Of a stretch of DNA of 64,000 nt, positions 29,909 to 47,949 are shown one piece after another (the first letter of the stretch is position 1; each line of letters starts with the position of its first letter). The notes beneath the pieces were generated by a model, which saw nothing but the letters and a program-made list of their open reading frames with translations, was not told the origin of the DNA and made no database searches. Source of the stretch: the human T2T-CHM13v2.0 reference genome, Homo sapiens. The stretch lies in assembly GCF_009914755.1 (NCBI RefSeq), contig NC_060930.1; one strand, given 5' to 3'. Both the position numbers and the translations under genes were made by a program.

Positions 29909-31194
29909 TATATATATTGCATTTTATATTGCTTACAACAGGGCCTACAAAATGATCTCAAACTTGCAGGGCTGTATTTGAAATCTCTCAATAGGTGTGT
30001 TTCCTAAACATATCACTTAAGCATTTTGCCCTGACTCAATTAAATAACTTTCATCTCTAATAGGCACTATCCTTAGTCCTCAAATGCAAGAGACAACGTT
30101 TTTACCTTCCAGCCCTTGAGAAGTGTACAGGGGAGGGGACCTGTACTGTCTCCAGTGCTGCAGTCCCCTTGGGGCGGGGGTGGCTGACAAAATAGATCTC
30201 AGGGGGATAGATGGCCTTGGTGCCCAAAGAGATCACAACAGCCAAATGGACTCCCAAAAATGTACTGCCTGTTTCCTGTGGCTCTCACACAGACCCTGGC
30301 TGGTGACACTAGATGGATTCTTTGCTAGTCCCAGGAGGGTAAAATGGGGATCCTACGAGCTAAAGAGCAGCTGAGAGGAGACGTGAGTAATCCATGACCC
30401 CATGTTCCATCCTCTTCACAGCAGATTCTAACATTGTTTCAGGCTAGCCCTGGACAAAAAGGCTGAACTATTCAGAGCATCATGCTTGGGCATTCAGTTA
30501 CCCTAGTTTAGGAGAGACACTTTCAGTTTTCATCTATCCCTCAAGGGAACCTCTGACTGTGACTAGAATTTCCACCCAGTCTCGGGTGGCCTGTAATATA
30601 TCAGCACACCCTTCATTTCCCAACTGCTCTCTTTCTTTTCCAAGCACAGCACGCATTTTCTTTCTAGCCCTAAACACTGGCTGCTCATAAAACCAACCCC
30701 TGCCACTTATTGTCCAGCTCAGAGGTCCAGACCTCTCTCTAACTGTTCCAGGAATGTTCAGGTTTTATCAGCTCATAGTCCCAGACATGAGCATTATTAA
30801 TAACATTCACAATTGCTCTTCTTGACAAAGAGCTCTTTAAACATTGGATCGTTTACCCGTGGGAGGCAAGGCTTTTGTGGCCTCATTTTCATCACTCTTA
30901 ATTTGTACTTTTAGATAAATGTCTTGAAAATATTTGCAATTTCACCCCGATTTAGTAATCATAGACACTGGTTTGTTTAACCATCTATTTGTTGGACGTG
31001 CACTGCAGCAATTGAGATGACTGTCCGGTTTATGGGTGCCCAGAGAGACCCCCACTTCCAGTTCAGGACATAGAGAGGAGGCTGCCTTTTGCTTGTGGCT
31101 GTGGCCCCCCAGGGTCCCTGGGGTTCATCTAAACCTCACTAATGGAGCTGTCAAACTTTACCTCTCTCCTCAAACCCAAGTACTAAACTCCTCC

Positions 31195-31520
31195 CACCCA
31201 TGTATTCATTTAGGCCTTTATTTAGAAAACACTCATTGAGTACCTGTTATGTGTCAGGCACTGTCTTAGTTAATGAGGATTCAACAGTAAATTAAAAACA
31301 AAAGAAAAACCAAAAAACCTCCGCCCTCAGAGAAGTTACTTTCTAGTGGGGGAAAACAGACCAAAACAAAATAAGAAAATGATATTAAATCTTTAGAAAG
31401 GATCAGGCCTTGTGGATAAGAATAAAAGAGCAGAGTTCAGCAGTTCCAGTTGGCAAAAGCTGGGAAGGAAGAAATGATGAATCTTGTCCAGGACTTGTTG
31501 AGTTTGAGCAAAGATGTCCA
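31195..31520 (-). mobile_element. L2 fragment
   Basis: attcattt...cattgagtacctgttatgtgtcaggcactgtc...ctccgccctcagagaagttactttctagtgggg. Confidence 0.7.
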
Positions 31521-32274
31521 ATGGGTGGTGGGAGATGGCTTTGGGGCTTGAGCTCATGTCTGGAGAGGGAGAAACATCAGCATTTGATGGATACTGAAGA
31601 CAGGAGAATGGATGAGCAGTCTGGAATGAGAAAAGATGGCGTTCAGAACAAAACCCAAGATGGAGGACAGAATAGAGACTTCATAATAAAGACTTGGGAA
31701 ACTGCTGAAAACAAATGGTAGTGTGGGATATAAGTCAGCCAATGATCATCATTTCGCTGCTATTTGGGCAAAACCCTGTGCTCTCTCGCTCATTCTGACT
31801 TAAAATCTAGCAGAAAATATGATGGGCACTTGGAAGGAAATCCCAACCTATTCAGCAATTTAGTGACTACAACATACTAGGCAGCTGGTGGCTTCATTCT
31901 GCCATATGTAATTTGCAAGATGGTCTTGGGTCCTGTCTTTGTTCTGGAGGGGATGAGGAGCAGGGTGCCTATGTTCTAGTTCTCATATTTATAAAATGGG
32001 GAGGGATTTTCCACCTTACATCCAAGGAGGAAAAACTACCAGAAGAATTATACTAGCTTCTATTTATTTACCATCTCATTTTCTTATGTGTGTTCTAAAC
32101 ATATACACAGTTGAAGCAATATTCTGATAGAAACTTCTTTTTGTCTTTAAAATTGCTGTCCCATTCCCATACATGTCAGTAGCTGGCCACAGTGGCATCC
32201 CTGCACCCTTGAATAGTTAAGTTGCTCACGGCCACAGTCTTGCTTAAATATTTTCAAATTGCTGGATGACATCC

Positions 32275-32636
<362 letters not shown>

Positions 32637-33659
32637 TGAAGATTTATAAAGCTTTGGATAATATTATAATGTAGAGATGTGGTTTGGTGGGAGGAAATAA
32701 AGCATGATACAACAAAGTTAACCAAAAGGATCTTTTATGTAAGAGAATTAAATAGTAGAGAAGAAAAGTTGATAGTTCACTAGGGAAATTTATTTTTACA
32801 TGAGAACATGATACGAAAGGACTTAGTAAAATCAGTCAAATGGGGAACTCTACACGTGCTATGACTTTGAAGCCTTCCCTGGTCCCCTCAGTGGCTCGGG
32901 CTGCCTCTGATACGGGGCCGCTGTGGCTGGTCCTAAAGACAAGAAAAATGCAAAGTTCAAGAAGGTCAGGGAAATGTTTTTGCCAAAGAGCAAGGACTCT
33001 TGGAGATGTCTAGGGTAGTGGCAACAGACAAAGATGCCTAAATATGGATGGTGCCCAATGCCAAGCGGAGACAATTTCAACATCCTGATGACAGTGGTTA
33101 AAGTCAAGCAGAACAAGTTGAGCCTATAAACAAGTCCATGATAATACTCAGATGGAACAAACAGCAAGCACGCCAAGGAAAAAGCACATGAGTTTCCAAT
33201 AAAGTTTACAAGCTGTTCAATTAGTTCAACAAAACTGATGTGAGCCCTCCACTCAAGGTGAAACACCCAAGTTAATAATCATAAATAAGCAGATGTAGCG
33301 AGGAAATAATTAAAGCATGCTTAAAATATATGATGTCTATGGTTTGATCATTTTAAATTACAATATTTTGGCCATCCAGTATTGTAGTGACTTAGAAACC
33401 AAGGCCAAATCTTTCAGAGGCTCAATCCAAATTGAAGATGATACATTTGGAATTGAGAATGTAGACCTGCTTTGCCCCAATGGGAATAAATGACCTGCAG
33501 GGTCGGAGGCTGGCAGCTGGAGGCTAGAGGCCCCGAGGCATTCCCCTCGCTGTGGCTCTCAAGGCTCAGATTCAGCTACTGGCCAACAAGCCATGGAGTT
33601 ATGCCTTGGGCAGAAACAGCCACAGAACTGTTCATCACTTTCAAAGATAAAAAAAATTA

Positions 33660-34004
<345 letters not shown>

Positions 34005-34501
34005 TTAGTTTATACTTAAAAATCTGAATTACAAGACAGTTCCTCCTACCTTAGCTGTCATACTCCTAACGGTAATTACAGTCAACTCTTCAAATGGTAC
34101 TTTAAATTCCAGGCTAGAACTGTAAGATTCAGAAATTCCCACAGCCCCAGGCTCCCTCTCAACCTCCCTGCTCAGGGAGGGTGAGGTCGGGTGATGACAC
34201 AACCTGCACAAACCTGATAAAGCCACCAGAAAGGGACCTGGGGGCTGACCACTGAGGAGGTCAAAATGGTCACCATCGTTGTCAAATTGGAAAACAGTAA
34301 TCAGATGTATGCACTTAAAACAATAAGTATTTGGGGTTTTTTAAAACAAAATTTGAGGGAATTCTTTGATGCTGATTTACTGATTAGAGTTAGCCAAAAA
34401 GTCTACTGAAATGATAAAAACCCTCTGGCCACGGGAGGCTGAACGGGGAAGAGGTGTGGGGTGGGTGGCTGAGCGGGGAAGAGGTGTGGAGGAGGCAACA
34501 G

Positions 34502-35182
34502 TGTTCCTGGACCAAACTGAGGGTGGGGTTGCTTATTCTCGCAGCTCAGTAATGAGATGCAGATGAACTGGGAAAGAAGAGAATTTACTTCAGTAACCGG
34601 GTACAGGGAGAAGGGTGGGAAAATATCACCAGACCGACTCAAAATTATAATGTTTTCCAGAGCTTATAGACCTTCTGAGCTATATGTCTATGTAAAAGTG
34701 TACATTCTTCTAAAGACGTAAGTGATTAACATTTTCTAATCTCTAAAGTCTGAGTCCTGAAGACCTTCCTCCGGAGCCTCAGTAAATTTACTTAGTCTAG
34801 ATGGATCCAAGTGCTAGGGTGATTACCCTTATCTTGTCTCCTGCTAAATCATGGAGGTTTGGGGAATTCCTTTAGACCCCAGTAAAACTTGTTTGTGGAT
34901 GTCTGGGGAATTCCATCAGACCCCAGTTAAACTTGTTTAATCCTAAACGGGTCCTGTTAAGAATTCCTTAAAAAAAAAAAATTCCTTTGTTATCTTGTCA
35001 TGCTTCAAGGCCCAGGAAAAGCCTAGGCAAAACAAAAGGTGGGCTTTTGTTACATATCAGCCTTTGTATAGGGACAGAGGCTCTATCAGCTTTTAATATT
35101 TAACTTAACCACTCAGTCAGTGCTCAAACAATTGTCATGGAGGTCTGCCCGTTCAGCTGTTAGTGAGACCTAGCCTGCCACA
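34502..35182 (-). mobile_element. ERV1-class solo LTR (resembles LTR15)
   Basis: Minus strand begins tgtggcaggctaggtctcactaac...gactgagtggttaagttaaatattaaaag and ends ...aaca; family name from memory. Confidence 0.7.
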
Positions 35183-35989
35183 AAAGGAAGAGGTATCTAT
35201 GACCTAAACCAAGGGCATGAAGAAAATTGTCTGGAGATTTGGGAAATATAACTTGTGATCCACAGTCATTTAAAATGGGGAGGTTCTAGAGACTTCCTTT
35301 TCCAGGGTGGTCCCAGGGATCAGCTGCTCTTGACATGACTGGTGGTGTTCAAAGCTCAAGACACAGCCCACTGCATCCCTACCACATGGTCTCTGATTTT
35401 GCAGGGTCCAAACCAAAGGCTGCTCTCTTTGTATGAGAAAAAACATGTTTAAGACGAATGAGCCTGGGGCTGATACCTCTACCCCAAATGCCAATATGCA
35501 TGAGTGGCCCTTGAAGCCTTGTTCCTGTGCTGGGTTTGTTCTAAAGAACAGTTGTGCAACATCTGACTACTACTATCCAAGGAAAAGGATAGGTCATTCC
35601 GACATTTGGTGCAGAAACTCTGGTTAATTTGGTTAAAGGAGCATGTCTTCTGCCAGTGAGAGCCACTGTGTAAAGGATGCAGAGACTTGAATTAATGATC
35701 AGTTAAAAGAAAACCGTGCGCTGGGTAATTTTTAAAATTCAACAAGGCAAATGTAGTTGGTGAATTAATGACCTGTTTAAGACTAATGAATGATGATCTT
35801 CTGATAGCAATGGTAAAAAATGCTCTTACCTGGGTATTCTTGGATCATTACAAAATTAACCATCATTCTGGGGCTACACAGCCAACCATTATCTCCCCCC
35901 ACCAACTTTTATTTTGTCTTGGGTAGAGTCCACATAACGGAAAACTATGGCTCAAGAAATTTCTTACCTGTTTTCATTAATTGATGCAT

Positions 35990-36250
35990 CCATCATCCAA
36001 CCATCCACCATGAACTCAGTTAGTAGTTGTTAATTGACCATCTATTATGTGCCAGGCACAGTTCTAGGTGTTGGGCTTTCAGTTAGAGAACAACAAAGGC
36101 ACGATCTCTTGCCTTCATTGAATTTATATTCTAGTTGGGGGAGACAGACTAAAGACATTAAGAGATGATCAAAATACTTTCAGAAGGAGATAAAGTCAGT
36201 CAGGATGATAGGATGCAGAAAGACTTGAATAGATGCCCGGGGCTAATTTA
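35990..36250 (-). mobile_element. L2 fragment
   Basis: catccatcc...ctattatgtgccaggcacagttctagg...tttatattctagttggggg. Confidence 0.7.
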
Positions 36251-37734
36251 GTTTAAGTATTTGTGGAACTATTTTTTCTTTTTTCTTGAATAGAGAGTAT
36301 TAATACATGTTTACCATGGCTCCTGAATGAGTGTATGATCCCCTTTTTCTATTGAAGAAGGATTAATATTATGTAATTTCATTGATTTGAAGTTCTTTTC
36401 TTAGGGACCTTTCTGGATCCTGGTTATAATACCCCTCCCAAACCTACTTAGGGAGAAGTTTATGTCTTAGTTTAAGGCCTGTTCTTGTTCAGTAAACTCT
36501 GCTGACATTAAACCCTAGCAAGGCTGTGAATACATTTCTTTATCAAGTTACAATTTCTGTTTCCTTAACCTTCAGTTGCTGGAATGGAATGGCCCCCACA
36601 TTCATACATTTTAACCCTAGGCCATGGGCACACTATTTTATTTTTCTGCTTCTAATAGGAACAGCAGCTGAGGGCCCTAGCCCTGCTCAAAGGCTTGAAA
36701 TTTCCCAAGCAAAAGCTGAAAGAAATACAAGTGGTACAGAGATATTGTCTGGGCGTTGCATTTTATCAGGAAAAAAGAGTGGGTGGAATCTGCTAACCAG
36801 TATCAGACTATCAATGCCAGGAAATTTCCATTTCATTGTGAGCAAGAGAATCAGAGCAGTCTGGTCCAGAGACAAGTAGCAAATGCAATTTGCAGCAAGT
36901 GCCAAAACATGGGGCAAAGGGAAACTAGAGCAAATCTAAACTTTTCTATTATCCAGAGGTCTGTACCCCAAAGATCTGAAGTGTGACTCACACATTGTGT
37001 GTGTGTGTGACTGTGGCAGTGACCTTGTCCATGGGTCTTCTACAAAATCATATTTATGTGTCATTGAGAAAACCATCTCATCTACTAATTCTGAAAAAGT
37101 GTAGATTTTGTCTACAAAAAAAATGAAGAATCAGAGAAAAGATAACCAACCATTAAAACCATTTTAGGAGTTCAATACAAAATGACAAACCTGAGATATC
37201 ATAGAGTTATATGAATTCCCCCTATGAAAAAGGGGAACATTTTTGAAAATCTCTATGCATGCTCTTTCCAAGATTCTAGAAGACAATGAAGTCACAGAAA
37301 GGGAAGCATTTGTTAGTACATATATTGCTTTTAGAAAAAAAAACCATCTGGAAAAGCAACAGAAGCAACGACGAGTAGATTGAATATTATGGAAATCAAA
37401 TTTGGGAATTAGAAGATAAGCTTGAGAAATTCTGCTAGAATGCAGAGAAAAGAGACAGAAATGAATATGACGAGTAAAAAGATAAAGCACAAAGAAAGCA
37501 GACACAGTAGATGCCATGTGCATCTGCAGAGGGGTGAAGTTTGAAATTAACTCCCATTTGTTTTGCTCCTGTGCTTGAGGCTTAGCCTGAATTCCACAAA
37601 AGCAGAGGGGAATTTGATCAGGGAAGGAATCCCAGGAATGCCAGGAGTGTGGGAAGAGAGAGGGCGTGGAGCTGACAGGAGGATGCATTATTTTGGTGAT
37701 CTCCAGGGACATCTGATCAAGTCCCAAGACCATG

Positions 37735-37915
37735 TATTTATTTATTTATTGATTCATTTATTCATTTATTTATTTATTTTTGAGACAGTCTCACTCTGTT
37801 ACCCAGGCTGGAGTGCAGTGGCTTACTGCAACCTCCACCTCCTGGGTTCAAGTGATTCTCCTGTCTCGGCCTCCTGAGTAGCTGGAATTACAGGTGCCTG
37901 CCACCACACCAGGCC
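37735..37915 (-). mobile_element. Truncated Alu (right arm only) with (TTTA)n tail
   Basis: tgagacagtctcactctg...gccaccacacc, then non-Alu sequence. Confidence 0.85.
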
Positions 37916-38424
37916 TGACCATGTAGTTTGATCACACCAAAGTTATTCCTCGAGCTTGGGAGAGCCTGGAGCACCACCTAAACATTGGAGTATTCCATCA
38001 ATACTCTCCAACTTACATGACAATATTCTGGTAGAATTATTTAAATGTGAAATATAAAACCATTTGAAATACTAGAATATGATAGGGGCCAACATTTATG
38101 TAATTTTTATTCAAGCAAGACTTTCTAAACATAATACCAATTAAGAAACCACAAAGGAAAACAAGTATAGATTTGTCCACTTAAAAATTTAAAAAATTTT
38201 CTCTCTATGAAAAATACCAAATAAAAAACTAAAGGGCGAATGACCAACTCCAAGAAACAATTTGAAAAAGGCTCTGACGGAAAATAGAATATCCCAGAAG
38301 GAAAATGGGCAAAGAACAAAAATAGTCACTTCATAATATAAAGAAAATTAGCAATAACCATGAAAACATGTTCAACCTCACTCCTCAAAGAAATTCAGAT
38401 AAAATGGCCAGGAGATATTATTTT

Positions 38425-38464
38425 GTGTGTGTGTGAGTGTGTTGTGTATGTGCATGTGTGAGAC

Positions 38465-38501
<37 letters not shown>

Positions 38502-38581
38502 TGAGAAGGGAGAGGGAGAGGGAGGGAGGGAAGGAGAGAGAGAGAGCGCGAGAGAGCGAGAGAGAGCGCTGTGTGTGTGTG
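38425..38581. repeat. Compound microsatellite (TG)n-(GA)n-(GGGA)n-(GA)n-(TG)n
   Basis: Directly visible; ~105-bp almost pure purine core. Confidence 0.95.
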
Positions 38582-39371
38582 GCAAAGAAGACATGAAAAA
38601 GCCACACTCTGGCATTGTGTTGGTGAAATTAATTTGTAACACATTTTGAAGGACAAGCTGATGTTTATAGCAAAAGTCTTAAAATGTTCCAGCACATAGT
38701 AAAGAGTAAAAAAAACTCCCTGATTTTCGCAATACCCATACTCTTAACCACTTCTTTCTACTGCCTCAGAAAATGATTGCAAGTAAAAATGTAAAGTAAC
38801 TGCCCTAAAGACAGTTCAGTGTTTCCCTCCATCCCCCTCTCTCCCTGTCTTTTCCCTTCACCTTCTACTCTCCTCCTCACCATAGCACAATGACCGACTT
38901 TGTTCCGTTTAAGAATCCTGTTTAATGAATGTATGGTACTCTATTTAACTAGGGACACTGTATTTTGTACTGCTGTTACCAACTCTTGCCTCTTATGGAA
39001 TACTTTAGAGACAATCACTCCACTAGTCTTAGTTAGCAGAGCTCCTTAGAGCGAAATTTAAAAGCAGGGTTGCGGGGGGTGGTCTCCTTTTTTTTTTTTT
39101 TTTGGAGTTTCCCTTGGTCCTCTCATCAAGTTAATTACTATTCTAAGTATACTTCACGTGGAACAGTTATTCTCTTGTACCTAGAACAGAGGAAATCTTT
39201 ATTTTAAAATGTGAGCTAAGATAACGCTGTGTCAGTGTCTGACCTTGGGCGGCTCATTTCCCAATTAGGAAAACTGGAGACAGCCAGTCATGGCTTTGGA
39301 GGAGTCCCCTGAAAGCACCGTAGCTGGTCTCCCTTGAATATCCAGGCACAGACATTTCCCTGGCCTCCTGA

Positions 39372-39742
39372 CTTGGTCTGTTTGGGCTGGTATAACAAAA
39401 TACCTTGGACTGGGCAATTTATAAATTATTATAAACAGAAATTTATTGCTCAGAGTTCTGGAGGTTGGGAAGTCCAAGATCAAGGTGCCAGCAGATTTGT
39501 TTCTTGGTGAGGGCTCTCTTCTTCACAGATGGCACCTTCTTGCTGTGTCCTCACATGGTGGAAGAGCAAAGAGGAACCGACAGGCTTCCCCAGGCCTCTT
39601 TTATAAGGGCACTAATCCAATCATGAAGGGTTTGCCCTCATGACCAAATTATCCTCAAAGGCCCTACTTTCTAATACCATCACTTAGGGGTTAGGTTTTA
39701 ACCCATGAATTTTGGAAGGATACAAACATTCAGACCATAGCA
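39372..39742 (-). mobile_element. MLT1A-type MaLR LTR
   Basis: gggctggtataacaaaatacc...gttctggaggttgggaagtccaagatcaagg...aacattcagaccatagca. Confidence 0.85.
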
Positions 39743-40289
39743 CCTCCTAACAAGCCATGGCTAAAAGAAAAAAGCTACCTACCCTCTTGGCTGTGAGAAC
39801 ACATTTTTGTGCATTTTGTACCGACCCATGTTATTAAGGGCCCTACACAGAAAGCCTGGGACAGTGGATGGAGTGTTGAGACCCTGACATGCCCAGTTAA
39901 GTCCTGATGTGAGAACCCCAGCCAGGGAACATGGGGACTTGGAAAATACTTCTTGAATGGCAGCAGCCTTCAAGACAAGAGTCAGCCAACATCATAGTTA
40001 GGTCAAAAGGTTGATGCTCAGAGTCTAAATGGTTTTTGTATATGGGCCATTGTAAAACACATATTTACACAATAAATACTGTGAAACAAAATTAGAACAG
40101 GCCTGTTTGTGGCTCTTAATAGTACAAATTGGAAACTGGAGAAAAACCGTGATTTATTTAAAAACATTTTTGTAAAAGCTTTTGCCTTTTCTGGAGTGTG
40201 TCTCTTGATGATACATAATGATTCTATTCAAGGTCTATGACTATTACATGAAAAACACTACCACAGTCACACACACAAAAATCTGTCAA

Positions 40290-40965
40290 GTTAATTGGAA
40301 CCTTTTTGTATTGTTGGTGGTGGGAATGTAAAATGTTGCAGCTACTGTGGAAAACAGTATGGTGGTTCCTCAAAAAATTAAAAATAGAATGACCATATGA
40401 TCCAGTAATTCCACTTCTAAGCACGTACCCTAAAGAATTGAAAGCAAGGTCTCAAAGAGATATTGGTACACATATGTTCATAGGAGCATTATTCACAACA
40501 GCCAAGAGATGCAAGCAACCCAACTGACCATTGACAGATGAATGCATGAACAAAATGTGATGTATACATACAATGGAGTGTTATTCAGCATTAAAAAGGA
40601 AGAAAATTCTGACACATACCACAACGTGGATGAACCTTACTAAGTGAAATGTGTGAATCATGCCAAATGAAATAAGCCAGTCACCAAAAGACAAATACGG
40701 TGTGATTCCACTTATATGAGGTACCCAGAGTAGTCAAATTCATAGAGACAGGGTAGAATGGTGGTTGCCAGGGGTTGGGGAAGGGGAGAATGGAGAGCTA
40801 TTGCTTCATGGGTATAGAGTTTCCATTTTGCAAGATAAAGAGTCCTGGAGAGAATGGTGGTGATCATTGCACAACAATATGAATATATTTAATACTACTG
40901 AACTGTACACTTAAATGTGATTAAGATGCTAAATATCTTGGGTGTCTTTTATCACAATAAAAAAT
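40290..40965 (+). mobile_element. L1MB-type 3' end
   Basis: tgggaatgtaaaat...agtcaccaaaagacaaatac...actgaactgtacacttaaa...acaataaaaaa. Confidence 0.85.
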
Positions 40966-41772
40966 ATATCAAGCTAAATGCCCCACAGTGCTGTGGTGAG
41001 TTATTTCTGTGCATGGCAAGATAGTCTCAAGTAACAGATAAAGTTAGGTTATCTCTCACATATTTGACTTCCAGCTGGTTAATTCCCATTTACCCTGCAG
41101 ATCTCACTGAAAACATTGCTTTCTTCAGGAAGTCCTCCTTGGCTCCCAGCCTAGGCCAGGTCTCCCTGTAACATTCACTTCTCCTCTGGGCTGCCGTTTC
41201 TTAAGTGCATTCTTTGTGTCAGTTGTTGCTCTAGGTGAGTATGTTCAATTCACCATGATAACCAGAACTGTAACTTCTTGCTTAATGTTTTCTCTTCTGC
41301 TACAACATGAATTCTATGATCCAGGAAAAGAATCTGCCTTGTTCTATGCTGTGTCTCCATGTTCAGTATAGTACTTGCTAGACACTTAATGAGTATTGGT
41401 CAAATAAACACTACTGTGAATGTCAATAAAATGTCTACTTTTGCTTGTCTCCCTGTAGATTTTAATACTGCTTTTCTCTTATGCATTGAGATTGGCAGAG
41501 GTTTTTCTGTAAGATCTATAGATAACATCAAGAATACAGTTTTAAAACCAGAAACTCTTAAAAATATTAATGGCAAATCTCATTTAGCCATTCTTGGTAG
41601 CTGCCAGAATCCCAAACATGCATTTCTAGTAGGTTCTCATGTCTTTGGGGACTGACTCTGCTGTGTTTCTTCTAGGCTTCTAAAGACTTAACTAAATAGA
41701 AGATGGCCATTAATGTCCTTCCTGATGTTTTTATACAATATCCTTTACTTTTCAAGGACAGAAAAGGCTTGA

Positions 41773-42121
<349 letters not shown>

Positions 42122-42143
42122 TGGTCATCTTGATTTAGACTGA

Positions 42144-42754
<611 letters not shown>

Positions 42755-43343
42755 AAATGCTTGCTTTTTTGTAGTTTCTGAGGTTAGCAGAAAGCTTGGT
42801 ATGTTGTTTAATCTTACTGATATAGTTAGGTTGCAACATATGCAATGAGAGTTGCTTTCCATTCTAAATACTGGAACTTTTCTATTTTAAACATATATCA
42901 AAGGAAGTAAATAGGTTATTTGAAATCACATTTTCAAAAAATTACTACCAGATTTTTAGTGTTATCATCTGCTTTGAATGAATAAAAACATAAAGTCCAT
43001 TTCATCTGCTTGCTTTCCAATTTTTAAGATTACTTATTGAGTCAACTGAATTAACATTGTTTTCTAACACATCAAAAGAGGTTGAATCTTCAATAACCAA
43101 AGAAACCTCAAGTACATACTGATGTGTTTCTTTTTTTAGATAAACATTTATTAAGTTACTATAGCTCCTTTGCTCTCTTAGAATAGGAATTTGCAGGATA
43201 TTTCCTTGGTTACTAACTTGCCTGATTAGTAATTAAATTTTACTTTATTCTGATTAGGGAAATACATTTTCCCTCAATGAAATGGAATGGTATATACTTG
43301 CTACAATTACTAGATCAAATATGGCCAAGAAAGACCCAGAATT

Positions 43344-47726
<4,383 letters not shown>

Positions 47727-47949
47727 AAGAAAGACCCAGAATTATGTATAAATACAATGACACATAAGCTTCAAAGTGTATAGCCTGAAAAATGGTGCTT
47801 CAGGGATTTAAAATTCCAACTGGTGAATTGTAATAGAAATATAAATTTTGTAAATGAAATAGATAGTGAATTAAAAATCAAACCTCTTTCTTTTAAATGA
47901 GTTATATTTTTCTGGCATAGATAAATGATATACAGGAAGACTTTCGCTT

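Noticed and set aside
32859-33266. 135-codon minus-strand ORF in apparently unique DNA
   Set aside because: Non-ATG start, no recognisable domain, no poly(A)/TSD or splice structure; length is compatible with chance. A BLAST/PhyloCSF check would settle it.
37164-37733. 189-codon minus-strand ORF
   Set aside because: Antisense to A-rich degenerate L1-like sequence, no recognisable protein family.
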